From Tubulanus polymorphus (lineage: Eukaryota; Animalia; Nemertea), in the NCBI RefSeq assembly GCF_964204645.1, contig NC_134029.1, positions 24,706,534-24,770,533 on the forward strand: a DNA stretch of 64,000 nucleotides, written 5' to 3'. Positions 50,461 through 61,889 of the stretch are shown here, piece after piece. Made by a program: the position numbers and the translations under genes. Position 1 is the stretch's first letter, and every line of letters begins with the position of its first letter. The notes beneath the pieces were generated by a model. It was not told the origin of the DNA. It did not search any database and saw nothing but the letters and a program-made list of their open reading frames with translations.

Positions 50461-53400
50461 CCAGCGCCTGTTGAATCTATGTACATTCTATACTCGTGAA
50501 ATCTGTTAGAGGCAAATTCTAACAAAACATCTGGTCGGTCTATTATCGATATGTATATATATCCAGCCCGATGACGAGTGTCGAATTGAAATCCACTGCA
50601 GTAGCAATAACTAAATTACTGCATTTACTTAAAAAAGAAATTTTACCCTAAAATGAAGAAAAAACCAATATATTTGTAAGCAGGTAGCCGACTGTAAGGC
50701 CCAAACTTACATTACAAACATATCCAGGGACCGAATCTTAATGTGAAACTGAATGACCAAAATCTCTCTGAATCCAGGTAAACTTTGACCCTTCTTTATA
50801 CGATAACATTTTTTGCGATGCCGTATAAGATAAGTTATTGGATGATTTTTTTTAAGATATGAGATTTTCCAGGTCAAAGATGTTACGGAGATCATCTTCA
50901 GAATTCGCGGGCTCTCTCTGTGAACGGGATAATAATGCAATATATTGTTATTTATTAAAATTGTCAGAACACTCGATCGCAACCCATAAAACCGTCGTCA
51001 ATTTGTACGCGATATTGCAAACCAACCGTTTGACGACATTTTTATATCCGTATTTGGACATTTCGATGAGTTTCTTGCCGTGCTATTCGATTGATAGGTA
51101 AACACTGTATTGACATTGGTTATTACTCTGTTAACGCGTCGCCTATAATTAATGCGGGTAAATGCGATAGGTCGTTTTTTTCATCGAGGGAAAAACCTGT
51201 CATTTCAAACCGGTATTTGGGTAATAAGTCACCGAGGACAACTTGTAGGACAAGGACTTAGTTTTACCGCTTAGAGTTCAGGGTTCGTTATCAGTTTATC
51301 CAGTTTACATAAACACCATATTATTTCTGAAGGTTTAAAGATTTCTTTCGAAAACGTAATGATCTCGAAGAGCTGGCTGAGGGTCTAAAATTAACCGGAT
51401 TGTGACCCGTATATCGAGAACTGTTAACTAAATACGAAGAGATGTAATTATGATCGGAGATAATACCAGGAAGCGATGATAACAACACTATTTACTTTGT
51501 CGGGTTTGAATTACAATATTCATATCGAATATGTGTGACCGATTACACGTCGGTCAGAAATAAACCCATCTGCTGTTACTGACTGATGTCATCGTGTCCA
51601 TTCGGTTTAACAGTTCATCATCAATCTACTGTTTACAAATTAACTAGAATTTTACCAGCCAGAAAATAACCTTTAACCGAAGACTGCACCGAAGGTGTAA
51701 CCAGTTTAAACTATTTTTACCACTACTCTCTATTATTGGCTATTCAATCATCTAATCTAATAGTAGAATAAACAAAGATGGCCGACAAATTTGCCAATGA
51801 TGTAAATGAGGATTTAGAATTGATGATTTGTACAATCGGTGAAGAATAAACTAAACAATTTCAAAAGCGTTCTCCGTCAATTGTTAGCTGTGCTCTGTAT
51901 GACCTTTTTAACCTAATAAATTCAGAATACTAAAAAACCTAGCATCATTCGTCAATGGTAGGATCCGACCTGACCGATTTATCAGCCTCGCTAAACTCAC
52001 GATTCATTTTCTGATTCGTTTAATGTGAAATATGATGATATTTCGTTTTCAGAATTCTTACTGTTACACCGAGAACAATATATCACTGAACATCATAAAT
52101 CACTGGCAATATTGAAGTCTTATATTTAAAGATCGTATCAGCGTCAATAAATTTATTTTATGGCCGCTGGTACTAAATAAATTCAAGATAAAATCAATCG
52201 GGTTGCGGCTTGCTGTTGGTGGAATTCTTCAGGAAATGAAACTGATTCTATAGAACGAACAGAGTTATTGTAAACTGTACGTGAACTGACCGGGTCAAAT
52301 CATCACTGCCATATCCTGCAGTTCTATCGATATATTATTGAATTATTTAAACCAGTTTCCATAAACCGGTCAAAAGTTAAACGCGTATTGACTTTCATTA
52401 GAGAGAATGTTATTGATGTTCGTGTCGGCTTCAAATATTCATCAAATAATATACAATTAATAGTTAAACTTAACTCAACCGGTTCAATCAGTTGATTTTT
52501 AATTTGTTTCACTCAAATCTGAAGCTGGGTTCATAACGGTATGAAATCAACGCAGGGCTACTGGTACTTCACCCCGAGGGGCTGGAGAATTTTAAATGGT
52601 TTGTCTTCTTAGATTCTGTAAAATTACAATTGAAAATCAGATACAGAAAATGTAGAATATTTAGATTGATCTTTCGCGTTACTGTCTCATTGTGTTTTTA
52701 GAATGTCAGGGATTTCAGACATTTGCTGATGACAAAATAAACCAGCAAAATATATAGGAAAAACACACACCGCCCGCCGACTCGGTGTAAATAGAATTAA
52801 GAGAATGCTGCGGGTCCCGGTGAGTTCATATTCTTCCAGGTAACACTTGACAATGCTGTTAATTATTGATATTGAATTATGAACAAGTCACACAAGTGTC
52901 AACTGCACAACGCGACATGTTGCCGAGTAGCTCAATGACAACTTGTGTCTAACAACATCTCTCAGTAGATACACACCACGATTCAGGGACCTGCTTTCAC
53001 CCAGGTCCTCGTAGTGTGACTGTCTCCACATTCCTAGTCTGTTGTACATCAGACACTAAGGTTCTTGGTGAATGACCTGCTTAGATATTAGACCAGTCTA
53101 TGCTCATTTGGGTTCTATGACCAATCTAACAACCTAAGACCATGCCCAAGTTGAGCCACGATAATCAGAGCAAATGGTATTTCATTATATCAGACATAAA
53201 ACCACTGTGATATTTAAACAGCAAAGTTATATATATATATATATTAGCATATCAGTATTTAGACAGCTTCATACATTGTATATTTCAGATGGCTATCACT
53301 TTAATGTTTTTGAATAGCTGTATAAATAGCTCGCTCTATGAGGACTCTCTAATCGGTGATATTATTATTTCACGTTGTGTTTTGTCAGGAACATCCTGAT

Positions 53401-53701
53401 GTTGGCGCGTCTGTGAATGTCCAATTACCGCTGATTTTTAACTCATATTTTCAAGTTGGATTTACGACACATCAGGAAACTATACACTGTCTCGTTCTAT
53501 TTCTGCGCTGGTTTGTTTTTTTTATGTGTTACTAATTCCAGATTGGAAACGCGCGAAAACAAATTTGCGTGACCACCGTTTCATCTTGCGATCTCTGTCT
53601 CGCAATTTTTTTTTCTCCAAGTTTTTTGGGAATTTTCTGATGCGAACTTTCGCTTGATCGAAATTTCTATTGAATAGAATTTCTATTCTATTAAATTGCT
53701 G

Positions 53702-54065
53702 CAACTAAATTCCACTTGATCGAAATGGTTTGACGGTAAAATAGTTGTAATTCTCACAAACAAAATGTGTTTAAACCCAAAATTGTGGTCGTGGCACCTC
53801 CTGTAATGTGGTTTTATCATTTTATGTGACCACAGTCTGTGAGATCATGATCAGATCGAGACGGCAAACAAACCTTACACAGACCACTCATACGCGATCT
53901 ATAGATTGACCAAATACGTCGGATTTTGATTGTTCTGGTACAAACCAGTTTGTGGCCTGTACGACAATAGGTCACGTTATTGTTATGTGAGGAAGGTAGT
54001 GGCCCTACTGAATGTATGTTCTGTACACGAGAATTTCACAATGAAACAACGAGCGGGTGGACGGG
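53702..54065. repeat. About 360-bp direct repeat, copy 1 (downstream flank of the intronless GPCR)
   Basis: Near-identical to 55882-56238 (caactaaattcca...gcgggtggacggg). Confidence 0.9.
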
Positions 54066-54235
54066 GATTTTCCTTTCCGATATAAGTCCGTATAATAATA
54101 TTGATCATTTACTCTATTACTACGATCATTACATTTTACAAATAGCAAATTTATTTTGTGTGAGAAAAAATGCAGTGCTTGAAACAATTTGATTTGATTT
54201 CTATTGTAAAGATGAAAGGTGCAGAGAATATTCAC

Positions 54236-55447
54236 TCATCGGATATTGTTTGTTTTGCAACAAAAACAATCAGTAAATGATTTGATTAATTGATTCCTGA
54301 AAACTTCCAATGTTCCGATGTATATAACAAAATTAATACAGAACACAAATTCTCGGAATGTTAGTAGGAATTTTTCTAACTCGAACCATAAAGTGCCGAG
54401 AAAAAATTGTAAATGAGGATTTGTTGTTCTGTCATTGACAATTATACCATGATTTCTTTCAAGCACTGGTCGAATGACGAACATTAAGTTGTAGATGCAT
54501 TGAGCAGCAGCTTGAGGGAAAACTAGTAAAATATACACAATAACTACAACAAGAAGAGTTTTACTGGCTGAAGATTGATGACGATCTGTTCTCTTCGCTC
54601 TCATCTCAGATCTCTTATTGCGTAATGCAGCAGTTAACACTGATAATATTACAATTATTACAGAAGGAAATATATCTTGTAAAAATGTTTTCGCAGCTTG
54701 TAATTGTAAGATTTGAGAAAGCCTCAAACGGTTGAGCGAATATCTACAAGAAAAACTGTCATATGTTTCATTGAATCTACGAAATTTGCGGAGTTTAACA
54801 CTGTATATGATGACTGTTTCCAAGTTCATAAAATACGCCCAGACTATGACAAAACCTACTGCAATTTTACGCCGAGTGACGGTGAAATGTTTCATGTGAA
54901 AGAAAGGAAAACGAATAGAAACAAATCTCTCGATAGCAATCACTATAACTGTGTAGTTTGATACAGATATTGCCTGGTTATAAAATAGGTTCCGAAATAT
55001 ACACGAAGGAAACAATCGTCTGGGCAGATAATAGAAATAGTAATAGAAATAGTAAAGTGATGGACATAGTTTACTGTGTTTAGCGAATGTCAGATAAGTA
55101 GCGCGACATTCTCTATAAAATCCTAGATGATAAACTACCAAGTCTTTCATATACCAAGGGAATTGCTCTAACTGAAACAAGACGACAAGTTGATCTGAAA
55201 ACGCGAGAGTTATCAGATAAGGGAACGTGTAACGAACCGACTGATATCTGCGACACTTTATCAGTAAAATTATGGTCAGAAAGTTGAACACACTTCCCGG
55301 CGGAAGCAAGAAAACGTATTTGAATGTTCTGTTATATTTATAAACGAAGTCGGTGAATCTTCTGAAAGCTATGATATAATCCGGTCTCTTCACAGCAGTG
55401 CGGTATATTCTACGAGTTGTAGTGATGATAGTGGTAAAATTATCCAT
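54236..55447 (-). CDS. Intronless class A GPCR, FMRFamide-receptor-like / srw-type orphan (possible chemoreceptor), 403 aa
   Basis: Seven hydrophobic segments: GSVFN (TM1), LAFSD (TM2), C..SVSNYTVIVIAIERFVSIRFPF (TM3/ICL2), DIFPSVIIVIL (TM5), SKTLLVVVIVYILLVFP (TM6), CINFVIY (TM7). First ATG at 55447 (MDNFT); the ORF track start at 55522 is non-ATG. Confidence 0.85.
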   Translation of the reverse strand: MDNFTTIITTTRRIYRTAVKRPDYIIAFRRFTDFVYKYNRTFKYVFLLPPGSVFNFLTIILLIKCRRYQSVRYTFPYLITLAFSDQLVVLFQLEQFPWYMKDLVVYHLGFYRECRATYLTFAKHSKLCPSLYYFYYYFYYLPRRLFPSCIFRNLFYNQAISVSNYTVIVIAIERFVSIRFPFFHMKHFTVTRRKIAVGFVIVWAYFMNLETVIIYSVKLRKFRRFNETYDSFSCRYSLNRLRLSQILQLQAAKTFLQDIFPSVIIVILSVLTAALRNKRSEMRAKRTDRHQSSASKTLLVVVIVYILLVFPQAAAQCIYNLMFVIRPVLERNHGIIVNDRTTNPHLQFFLGTLWFELEKFLLTFREFVFCINFVIYIGTLEVFRNQLIKSFTDCFCCKTNNIR

Positions 55448-55881
55448 GACAAGAATAGAACAGTTTGACGCGACAATCTGTGTAGTGACTGCTGCCCTCT
55501 CATTATGTGTTTCTGAGAACACTATATAATCATCTCAACATTTCACATGCTCTGTTGAAATTACCCGTTACATGAGTCGCTTTGAGAGTTACTAAAAATC
55601 AATCTAAAATAAACCAAAGCTTCATATTGAAATTCACAGAGGTTTTTAGATTCAAATGTATACACATTTATTGCCAATTGTGACCTAAATTCTTTGTTTT
55701 ATGAATGAAGTCGTGTCTCTGTGATGACATTTGAGATGTGGAAACAAATCTACGTGACCAATATCGAATATACCTGTACTGATATACTCAAGTTCTCACT
55801 CCTTTTATGATATATGGCATGGAAACACACAAAGAAAGATTCCTGTGATATTACTTAAACGATTCTGTAAATCCATTTTGA

Positions 55882-56238
55882 CAACTAAATTCCAGTTGAT
55901 CGAAATGGTTTGACGGTAAAATAGATGTAATTCTCAAAATGTGTTTAAACCCGAATTGTGGTCGTGTCACCTCCTGTAATGTGGTTTTATCATTTTATGT
56001 GACCACAGTCTGTGAGATCATGATCAGATCGAGACGGCAAACAAACCTTACACAGACCACTCATACGCGATCTATAGATTGACCAAATACGTCGGATTTT
56101 GATTGTTCTGGTACAAACCAGTTTGTGGCCTGTACGACAATAGGTCACGTTATTGTTATGTGAGGAAGGTAGTGGCCCTACTGAATGTATGTTCTGTACA
56201 CGAGAATTTCAAAATGAAACAACGGGCGGGTGGACGGG
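55882..56238. repeat. About 360-bp direct repeat, copy 2 (upstream flank of the intronless GPCR)
   Basis: Near-identical to 53702-54065 apart from a 7-bp indel and a few substitutions. Confidence 0.9.
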
Positions 56239-57954
56239 TTTTTTTCCTAGGTAATTTATGTCCATCATTATTACATTTCCTGTGTGAAAAAAAGAATCCA
56301 ATTTTTCCAATTGAATCCCTCTATTTCGTTCATGTCTCTCTGGATTGGATGAAGATAGAAACGAAGTGAAAATATCGATGAAACCAGTGATCGGGGATAT
56401 ATATGTTTTACACATCTACTGAAAACGAGAAAACTATAACCAAGGAATATTACCCCCAAAACTTTATACCCTCCTAACACCCCCCCCCCTGGCATCACAC
56501 TGAGATATGAGATATCGGTGACTTCAACTTGCGAGTTTTTTTCAGATTAAAATCTCTTTTCTCATAATCCGACATCACTTTAAGAGTTTCAAATAAAGAG
56601 AATAAAAATTAGCGATCACTTCATTCATAGAATAATCATTTACTCATTTTTGTACTAAAGAAATAAAACAGAATACCGAATTTCAAAACCTAAGATTCAA
56701 AAACCAAGGAATATTTCCCCAAAAACTGTATATACCCTCCTAACACCTCCTAACACTAACGCCGCGGGTCGAACTCGGTTATTTTATTCTACAGATTTGA
56801 GTACATTGTCAATCGAATATCGTTTTACTTCATTGTGAATGTTTATGAATTTTCTTTTTAGGGTGCAATGCAATAGAATTTGCATGGACGAATTAATTTA
56901 CTAAAAAGATATTATTATTTTGAGCCACATATAACCTGCACTCAACTGTCAGACTGTTGCCCTCCACAGAAACAAGAACCATACGACATCCACCGATCTG
57001 CACCCAGTCCTCGGACTGGTCGATTCCCTCATCCAAAACGAATTCCAATTCGGATCTTATAGAAAAAAACTTTAACATTTCGACGATCAGATTCAATGTG
57101 GCTACGAGGATCCGTCGTTCATCGTGTCGTCAATGAATTGGCGCCGTGGTGACATTTGAGATTAGAATAAACTAATCTATATGAACTATCTATATCAAAG
57201 CAACTATTCGCTGAGAAACTTCAAGTTTTTTCAGAACTTGATTGATACGAAAATGTTTCCCTCACTGCATCTGATTGAAGCGACATCAGTCGCAATTCCA
57301 GATGATACACACAATGTACCGTGAGCTCTCGACAAAGATACAACTACCATCAATAACCCGCGTGACTTCATACCAGGGATAAAGTGACATACCGGTATCT
57401 AAAACTGAGGTTAGTTGAAATATCTGGCTATAACACCGATTGCGTGAATTCATTGTATTTCCTTCACTGAAACCGACTGTGGCAATCGAGGATCCACTAG
57501 GAGCGCTATTATGAAATAGACTACACTTGACTGACGTGAACTCAGCAGCTGGTAAGCGAGGATTCTATGTAATAATCATTATCAAGCTAGGACTCTGTAA
57601 AATGACTCATGGGTGAGGGGACTCGGGGAATATCATACATGTTTCTATATCATACGGTATTTATTCTAAATAATACAAACATTTCAATACAATAACATTT
57701 CAATTGATTACAACAATTACAATTCTTCATGATTATTAATTATAAACAGTTCTCAATAAACAATGTATTCATTATTCCATGGTATATACATGTACCAACA
57801 GATATAGAAGAAAGTATAATGGTATATAAATTGTGTATTGTGAAAATGACCAGAATAAATATTCTCAATTCATACAAATTGTGAAAGAAAAAAAATCACG
57901 TTCGTAGTTCTCAGAATTGCACCCACGACTGAGTATAATATGAAACGGTTAAGG

Positions 57955-58307
57955 TGTCTGTTTGTCGGTCAAGTGTCGGTCTAATATCTGCTTGTCGGTA
58001 AAGTGTCGGTCAGCTGTCTGTTTGTCGGTCAAGTGTCGGTCTAATGTCTGTTTGTCGGTCAAACGTCGGTCTAATGTCTGTTTGTCGGTCTAATGCCTGT
58101 TTGTCGGTCAAGTGTCGGTCTAATGTCTGTTTGTCGGTCAAATGTCGGTCTAATGCCTGTTTGTCGGTAAAGTGTCGGTCTAGTGTCTGCTTGTCGGTCA
58201 AACGTCGGTCTAATGTCTGCTTGTCGGTCTAATGCCTGTTTGTCGGTCAAGAGTCGGTCTAGTGTCTGCTTGTCGGTCAAACGTCGGTCTAATGCCTGTT
58301 TGTCGGT
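57955..58307. repeat. About 30-bp (19+11) minisatellite overlapping the F-box gene stop codon
   Basis: tgtcggtctaatgtctgtt-tgtcggtcaag units; the last unit encodes PTNRH* on the minus strand. Confidence 0.9.
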
Positions 58308-59674
58308 TTCCACCGTTGTTTTAATGCCACGGATACGCTGTCAGTCATCGTACTATGTTTAATGACGTCATCGTCGTGAACCCCCCATTTTTCTACACCC
58401 ACCAAACGATATTGATCGTCGACCTTTCTGATCACCTCATTCTCATCTGCCATATCATCCCGAAAATTTATCGCTTCTTCCGATATTTCGAATCTGAACC
58501 AATTTTCAGATTTAGATTTCGCTAAATCGATTACAGTTTTCCAATTTAATTTACTATAATGGACGAACGTGTGTAAATGATTGCAGAGATTCACTAGATT
58601 CAGCAGTGATTCATCTGCGTCGATTGTTTCGTTGCTGAGATTCACGTAACGCTTCAGAGAACCGGAAAATTTCATCGCGAAATCCACTATATCCGTTTTA
58701 CTACAACGAGAATACGGCATGAAATACAAACTACTAACTGGCATTTCTATATTCAAGATGGCCGCCATATCCGGTGAAGGCACGCGATTTGAGAATACGA
58801 CCTCGATAGACACGTCGCTGTGGTACGAGGAGAAATCCTTCCAACGTACGGCAGAAATTTGAGGAATCGCAGACGACTCTTGACGCGAATATGTCACTAA
58901 AATGCGCAGCGATTGAAGCCGTTTTCTGGGCATTTTTACGAGTTCTCTCAGAAGTTCCCCGCTCAACAGGTTCGATGGTAAACTGAAATGCGTTAAATTC
59001 TTGAACTGATCGATGATTTCGACAATGCTCGCTGGGGTTTCACTAGCTCGTATCGCCGCCCAACTTGAACTGTCGCGATCCGGCCAAAATAAATTCAAAT
59101 TTTCCACGGATGAAATCAAATTTTCGTTAGAAACCAGTTTTTCGAATATATGATAACCTTGACCCGCCGAAGACGGCCAAAATCTCAGAGTAAAACTGTT
59201 TAATTTATCGCACGAATTCAAAATGGCCGAAACGGCTTGTAGGTCTTCAGAATGAGCAACTCTACCCGTACCCTGTTGGCATGGATACATCGATAATGTC
59301 AAACTTTTCAAACGAGATGCGTTTGAAATGAATAGATGAATAAGAGATTGAGATCGTTCATCTATTGGTTTACTACAACATTGAAATATTAGTTCAAGTT
59401 CTTGTACGTAACCACCAACACAGCATAACTTATCCTCGATTCTCTTAGCTTCGATAATACTCTCCGATCTAGGCTGATTCTTACGCATAACTCTGCCTTC
59501 ATCTTCGTGGTAATTTCCACTGATTTCTATTTTCATACACCTCCATAAAGACGGATGATTGAATCTGGAGTTCAGTGATTTACAAGTTAAAGACGTGTTG
59601 AATCTGTCGTTAGATTTCAGAAAGGTCAACACGTGAACTATCACTACGTCCGGCAGATCTATCAATTCAATCAT
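58289..59674 (-). CDS. F-box protein with probable LRR-like C-terminal region, 461 aa, single coding exon
   Basis: N-terminal F-box LIDLPDVVIVHVLTFLKSNDRFNTSLTCKSLN..FNHPSLW and LxxLxL segments (RLKSLTL, KLNSFTL, NLTHFSL, RLQSLRI). Acceptor ttttttttcag| at 59685/59684 lies just upstream of the ATG at 59674; possible upstream donor at 60312. Confidence 0.85.
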   Translation of the reverse strand: MIELIDLPDVVIVHVLTFLKSNDRFNTSLTCKSLNSRFNHPSLWRCMKIEISGNYHEDEGRVMRKNQPRSESIIEAKRIEDKLCCVGGYVQELELIFQCCSKPIDERSQSLIHLFISNASRLKSLTLSMYPCQQGTGRVAHSEDLQAVSAILNSCDKLNSFTLRFWPSSAGQGYHIFEKLVSNENLISSVENLNLFWPDRDSSSWAAIRASETPASIVEIIDQFKNLTHFSLPSNLLSGELLRELVKMPRKRLQSLRILVTYSRQESSAIPQISAVRWKDFSSYHSDVSIEVVFSNRVPSPDMAAILNIEMPVSSLYFMPYSRCSKTDIVDFAMKFSGSLKRYVNLSNETIDADESLLNLVNLCNHLHTFVHYSKLNWKTVIDLAKSKSENWFRFEISEEAINFRDDMADENEVIRKVDDQYRLVGVEKWGVHDDDVIKHSTMTDSVSVALKQRWKPTNRH

Positions 59675-59722
59675 TCTATTCAATCTGAAAAAAAACAAAA
59701 TAAAAAAGTTAAATAACAGGAG

Positions 59723-59922
59723 CCACTTCCATAGTTCAGAACACAGTTTAACAATCAGAAACCAGCAGTTCCACACTTCTGGATCCAGTTCCACAGTTCA
59801 GAACCCAGCAGTTCCATACTTCTGGATCCAGTTCCACACTTCTGGACCCAGTTCCACAGTTCAGAACCCAGCAGTTCCACACTTCTGGATCCAGTTCCAC
59901 AGTTCAGAACCCAGTTCCACAC
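59723..59922. repeat. Minisatellite derived from a MITE terminal repeat
   Basis: ccagttccacagttcagaac / ccagttccacacttctggat units; same motif as 31188-31367 in the opposite orientation. Confidence 0.85.
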
Positions 59923-60921
59923 TCTCATAAGAAACTAACATTTCATTATTTGTTATTCATAAAATCATGACTGATGCGTGTGGTTAACCCTGTAGAACAT
60001 AGCCTACACTGATCAGTTCACTTCTAATACAAATCTTCTCTTCAACGAAAATATTCAGATTTATAACTGAGTTTCTATTTTCTAACGTAGTTTTTTCCTA
60101 AACAACATTAATAAATTGAGATTAAATGTATGAATTGATTGATAGTTTTAACGCAGTATAGCGCAGTATTGTAAGCCACAGGCCTATTCCAGTACTAGAG
60201 GTGCTGTACCACACCCAAACATCAGTAGACATCGTATTGCCACAGTAGAGACAAAAACCTTTATTCAGACTAATTATATACGAGTTTAAAATCCCAAATG
60301 AGTCTCACTTACTAATCAAATGAGCATTACACGAATAAACTTCTTATCAAAAAAATAAAAGAAGTTTCTAAAATGCTATTACTCTAAATCCAGAGAGCTA
60401 GTTTACAGTCAAAGCCATCGCAAAACTACATCAATTAGTAAATAAACCACTATTAATTATGTATCCTTACAATTTCAATAATTTTACCTTTATTTCTGAC
60501 TTGTTTGATTATGATAAACACTGCTACAACGTCTTTGAATCACATAAATTTAAGTCGAGTGCAGAGAAAAGTAGCTGTCAAACGTATTCTCGAGTTAATG
60601 CAGACAGTACCGCGAGAAGTCCCGATAGTTTGCAACATATGCTCAAAATGAGAACTGGTGAAGTGAAATGTTGGAAGATTCATACTTATAATACGAAATG
60701 AAAGAATGTTTAGATTTGACTTAATATTCTAACCCGTTTTCTGTTTTCCCAGGGGCAGGTTTGGGCTAGGCCAAGGAAGCCCGGGCCGCATACTTTTGCC
60801 AAAATAGCATTTCACAATACTTCAAACAAGTCCACCTAGAAAAATTCTGTGAAATTTGCCTCAGTGATTATACAACGTGCAAGTCTGATCGGTGCTGCAA
60901 GTTTGCGCGCGGTAAACCTGA

Positions 60922-61080
60922 CACCCGGTCTAGTGTAACGGGGTTCGTGCCGTGGCTGAGTTTAGCGATGCCATCAGGTTCGAATCCCTGCCGTGAGAGG
61001 ATGTTACACTGACATGACGAGACGCCGACCTGATGCGTGAATTGTTGTACCGCCGCGCAATGGTGGATGAAACAATCTGC
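60922..61080 (+). mobile_element. tRNA-derived SINE (3' end not defined)
   Basis: A-box TAGTGTAACGG at 60931-60941 and B-box GGTTCGAATCCC at 60977-60988 with tRNA-like spacing; no complete cloverleaf. Confidence 0.6.
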
Positions 61081-61239
61081 ACACACGAGTTCGGTATGGG
61101 CTGCAATTCCGGGCTGCTATTGTGTCGTAATATGACTGGACAGCGGATAGCTGAATAACTGATCGCGTATTGTCTCTGGTTGTCAAGGTACAATCTATAT
61201 TGAATAATGGATTGCGTATCAGTTCCAATGATTCCTTAC

Positions 61240-61575
61240 AACACTACTATATCGGCAACTTCACCACATATTTATGAGAGCCGCCGCTTTTCTGACATGG
61301 TTTTGGCAAAAATACTCGGATTTATCAAATATAATTACTTATTGAGGGCACGTGAAACACAGTTATTTTCAAATGATGAACGAACATTTATAAACTGGAG
61401 ATGTGGATCCAATTCAATGGAACTCCTCGAATTAACATCGGTTTTAGGACTTGCTCTAATTTCTGTAGTATCTCATTATTCCTGAAGATGACTATTAGGA
61501 TATAGTCGAAACGTTGAAATAAACTACTATCTCGAAGTTTCGGACTTTTTCGTTATAATTGTGGGATTCTCTCTA
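61240..61575 (+). mobile_element. Truncated Penelope-like retroelement end (possible GIY-YIG C-terminal remnant plus hammerhead-bearing terminal repeat)
   Basis: ORF 61207-61485 ends ...SATSPHIYES..VLAK...LRARETQLF....INWRCGSNSMELL, loosely resembling the PLE GIY-YIG tail (SAIxxH...ILAK...RE...LN...GS..LEL). The hammerhead core follows immediately. Confidence 0.45.
61465..61527 (+). ncRNA. Minimal type I hammerhead ribozyme motif
   Basis: gtagt-atctca-ttattcc CTGAAGA t GACTAT taggat ATAGTC GAAA cg TT gaaataa-actac. Intact CUGANGA and GAAA cores, 6-bp stem II, palindromic AACGTT in place of stem III, and stem I ttattcc/gaaataa extended by gtagt/actac. Confidence 0.7.
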
Positions 61576-61889
61576 CATGCTCAAGAGCAATTTATCGCAC
61601 TAAAATAATGAGTAATATCTCAGCTCTGATTGTTCTATTGATGGTAGCATGTGTTAATTATAAGACACCAGTACGCCTATCATACGCGAGTTGAAAAATC
61701 AAACAATTTACGGTTCACTCAACACCGAGTGTATTAGGATCTGTATGGGCATAGAGTATTGTCCTGTGTAGTCCAGTACTGCCAAGTAATTAAATGTATA
61801 AACAGTACTAGTACTTATACACACCACAGTAATGGCAAATTCGTTACTGAGTGTTCTACGTAGATAAAAATACAACCGCAATCTGAAAC

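Noticed and set aside
53702-56238. LTR retrotransposon
   Set aside because: No TG..CA ends, PBS/PPT, TSD or gag/pol; the interior is a GPCR.
56437-56755. About 45-bp direct repeat (aaccaaggaatatt...ccctcctaacacc) at about 56437 and 56702
   Set aside because: Short local duplication with no further structure supporting an element.
59675-59794. N-terminal extension of the F-box ORF (MELDPEVWNCW...)
   Set aside because: Non-ATG start inside a minisatellite, and it crosses a polypyrimidine tract and acceptor; probably intronic.
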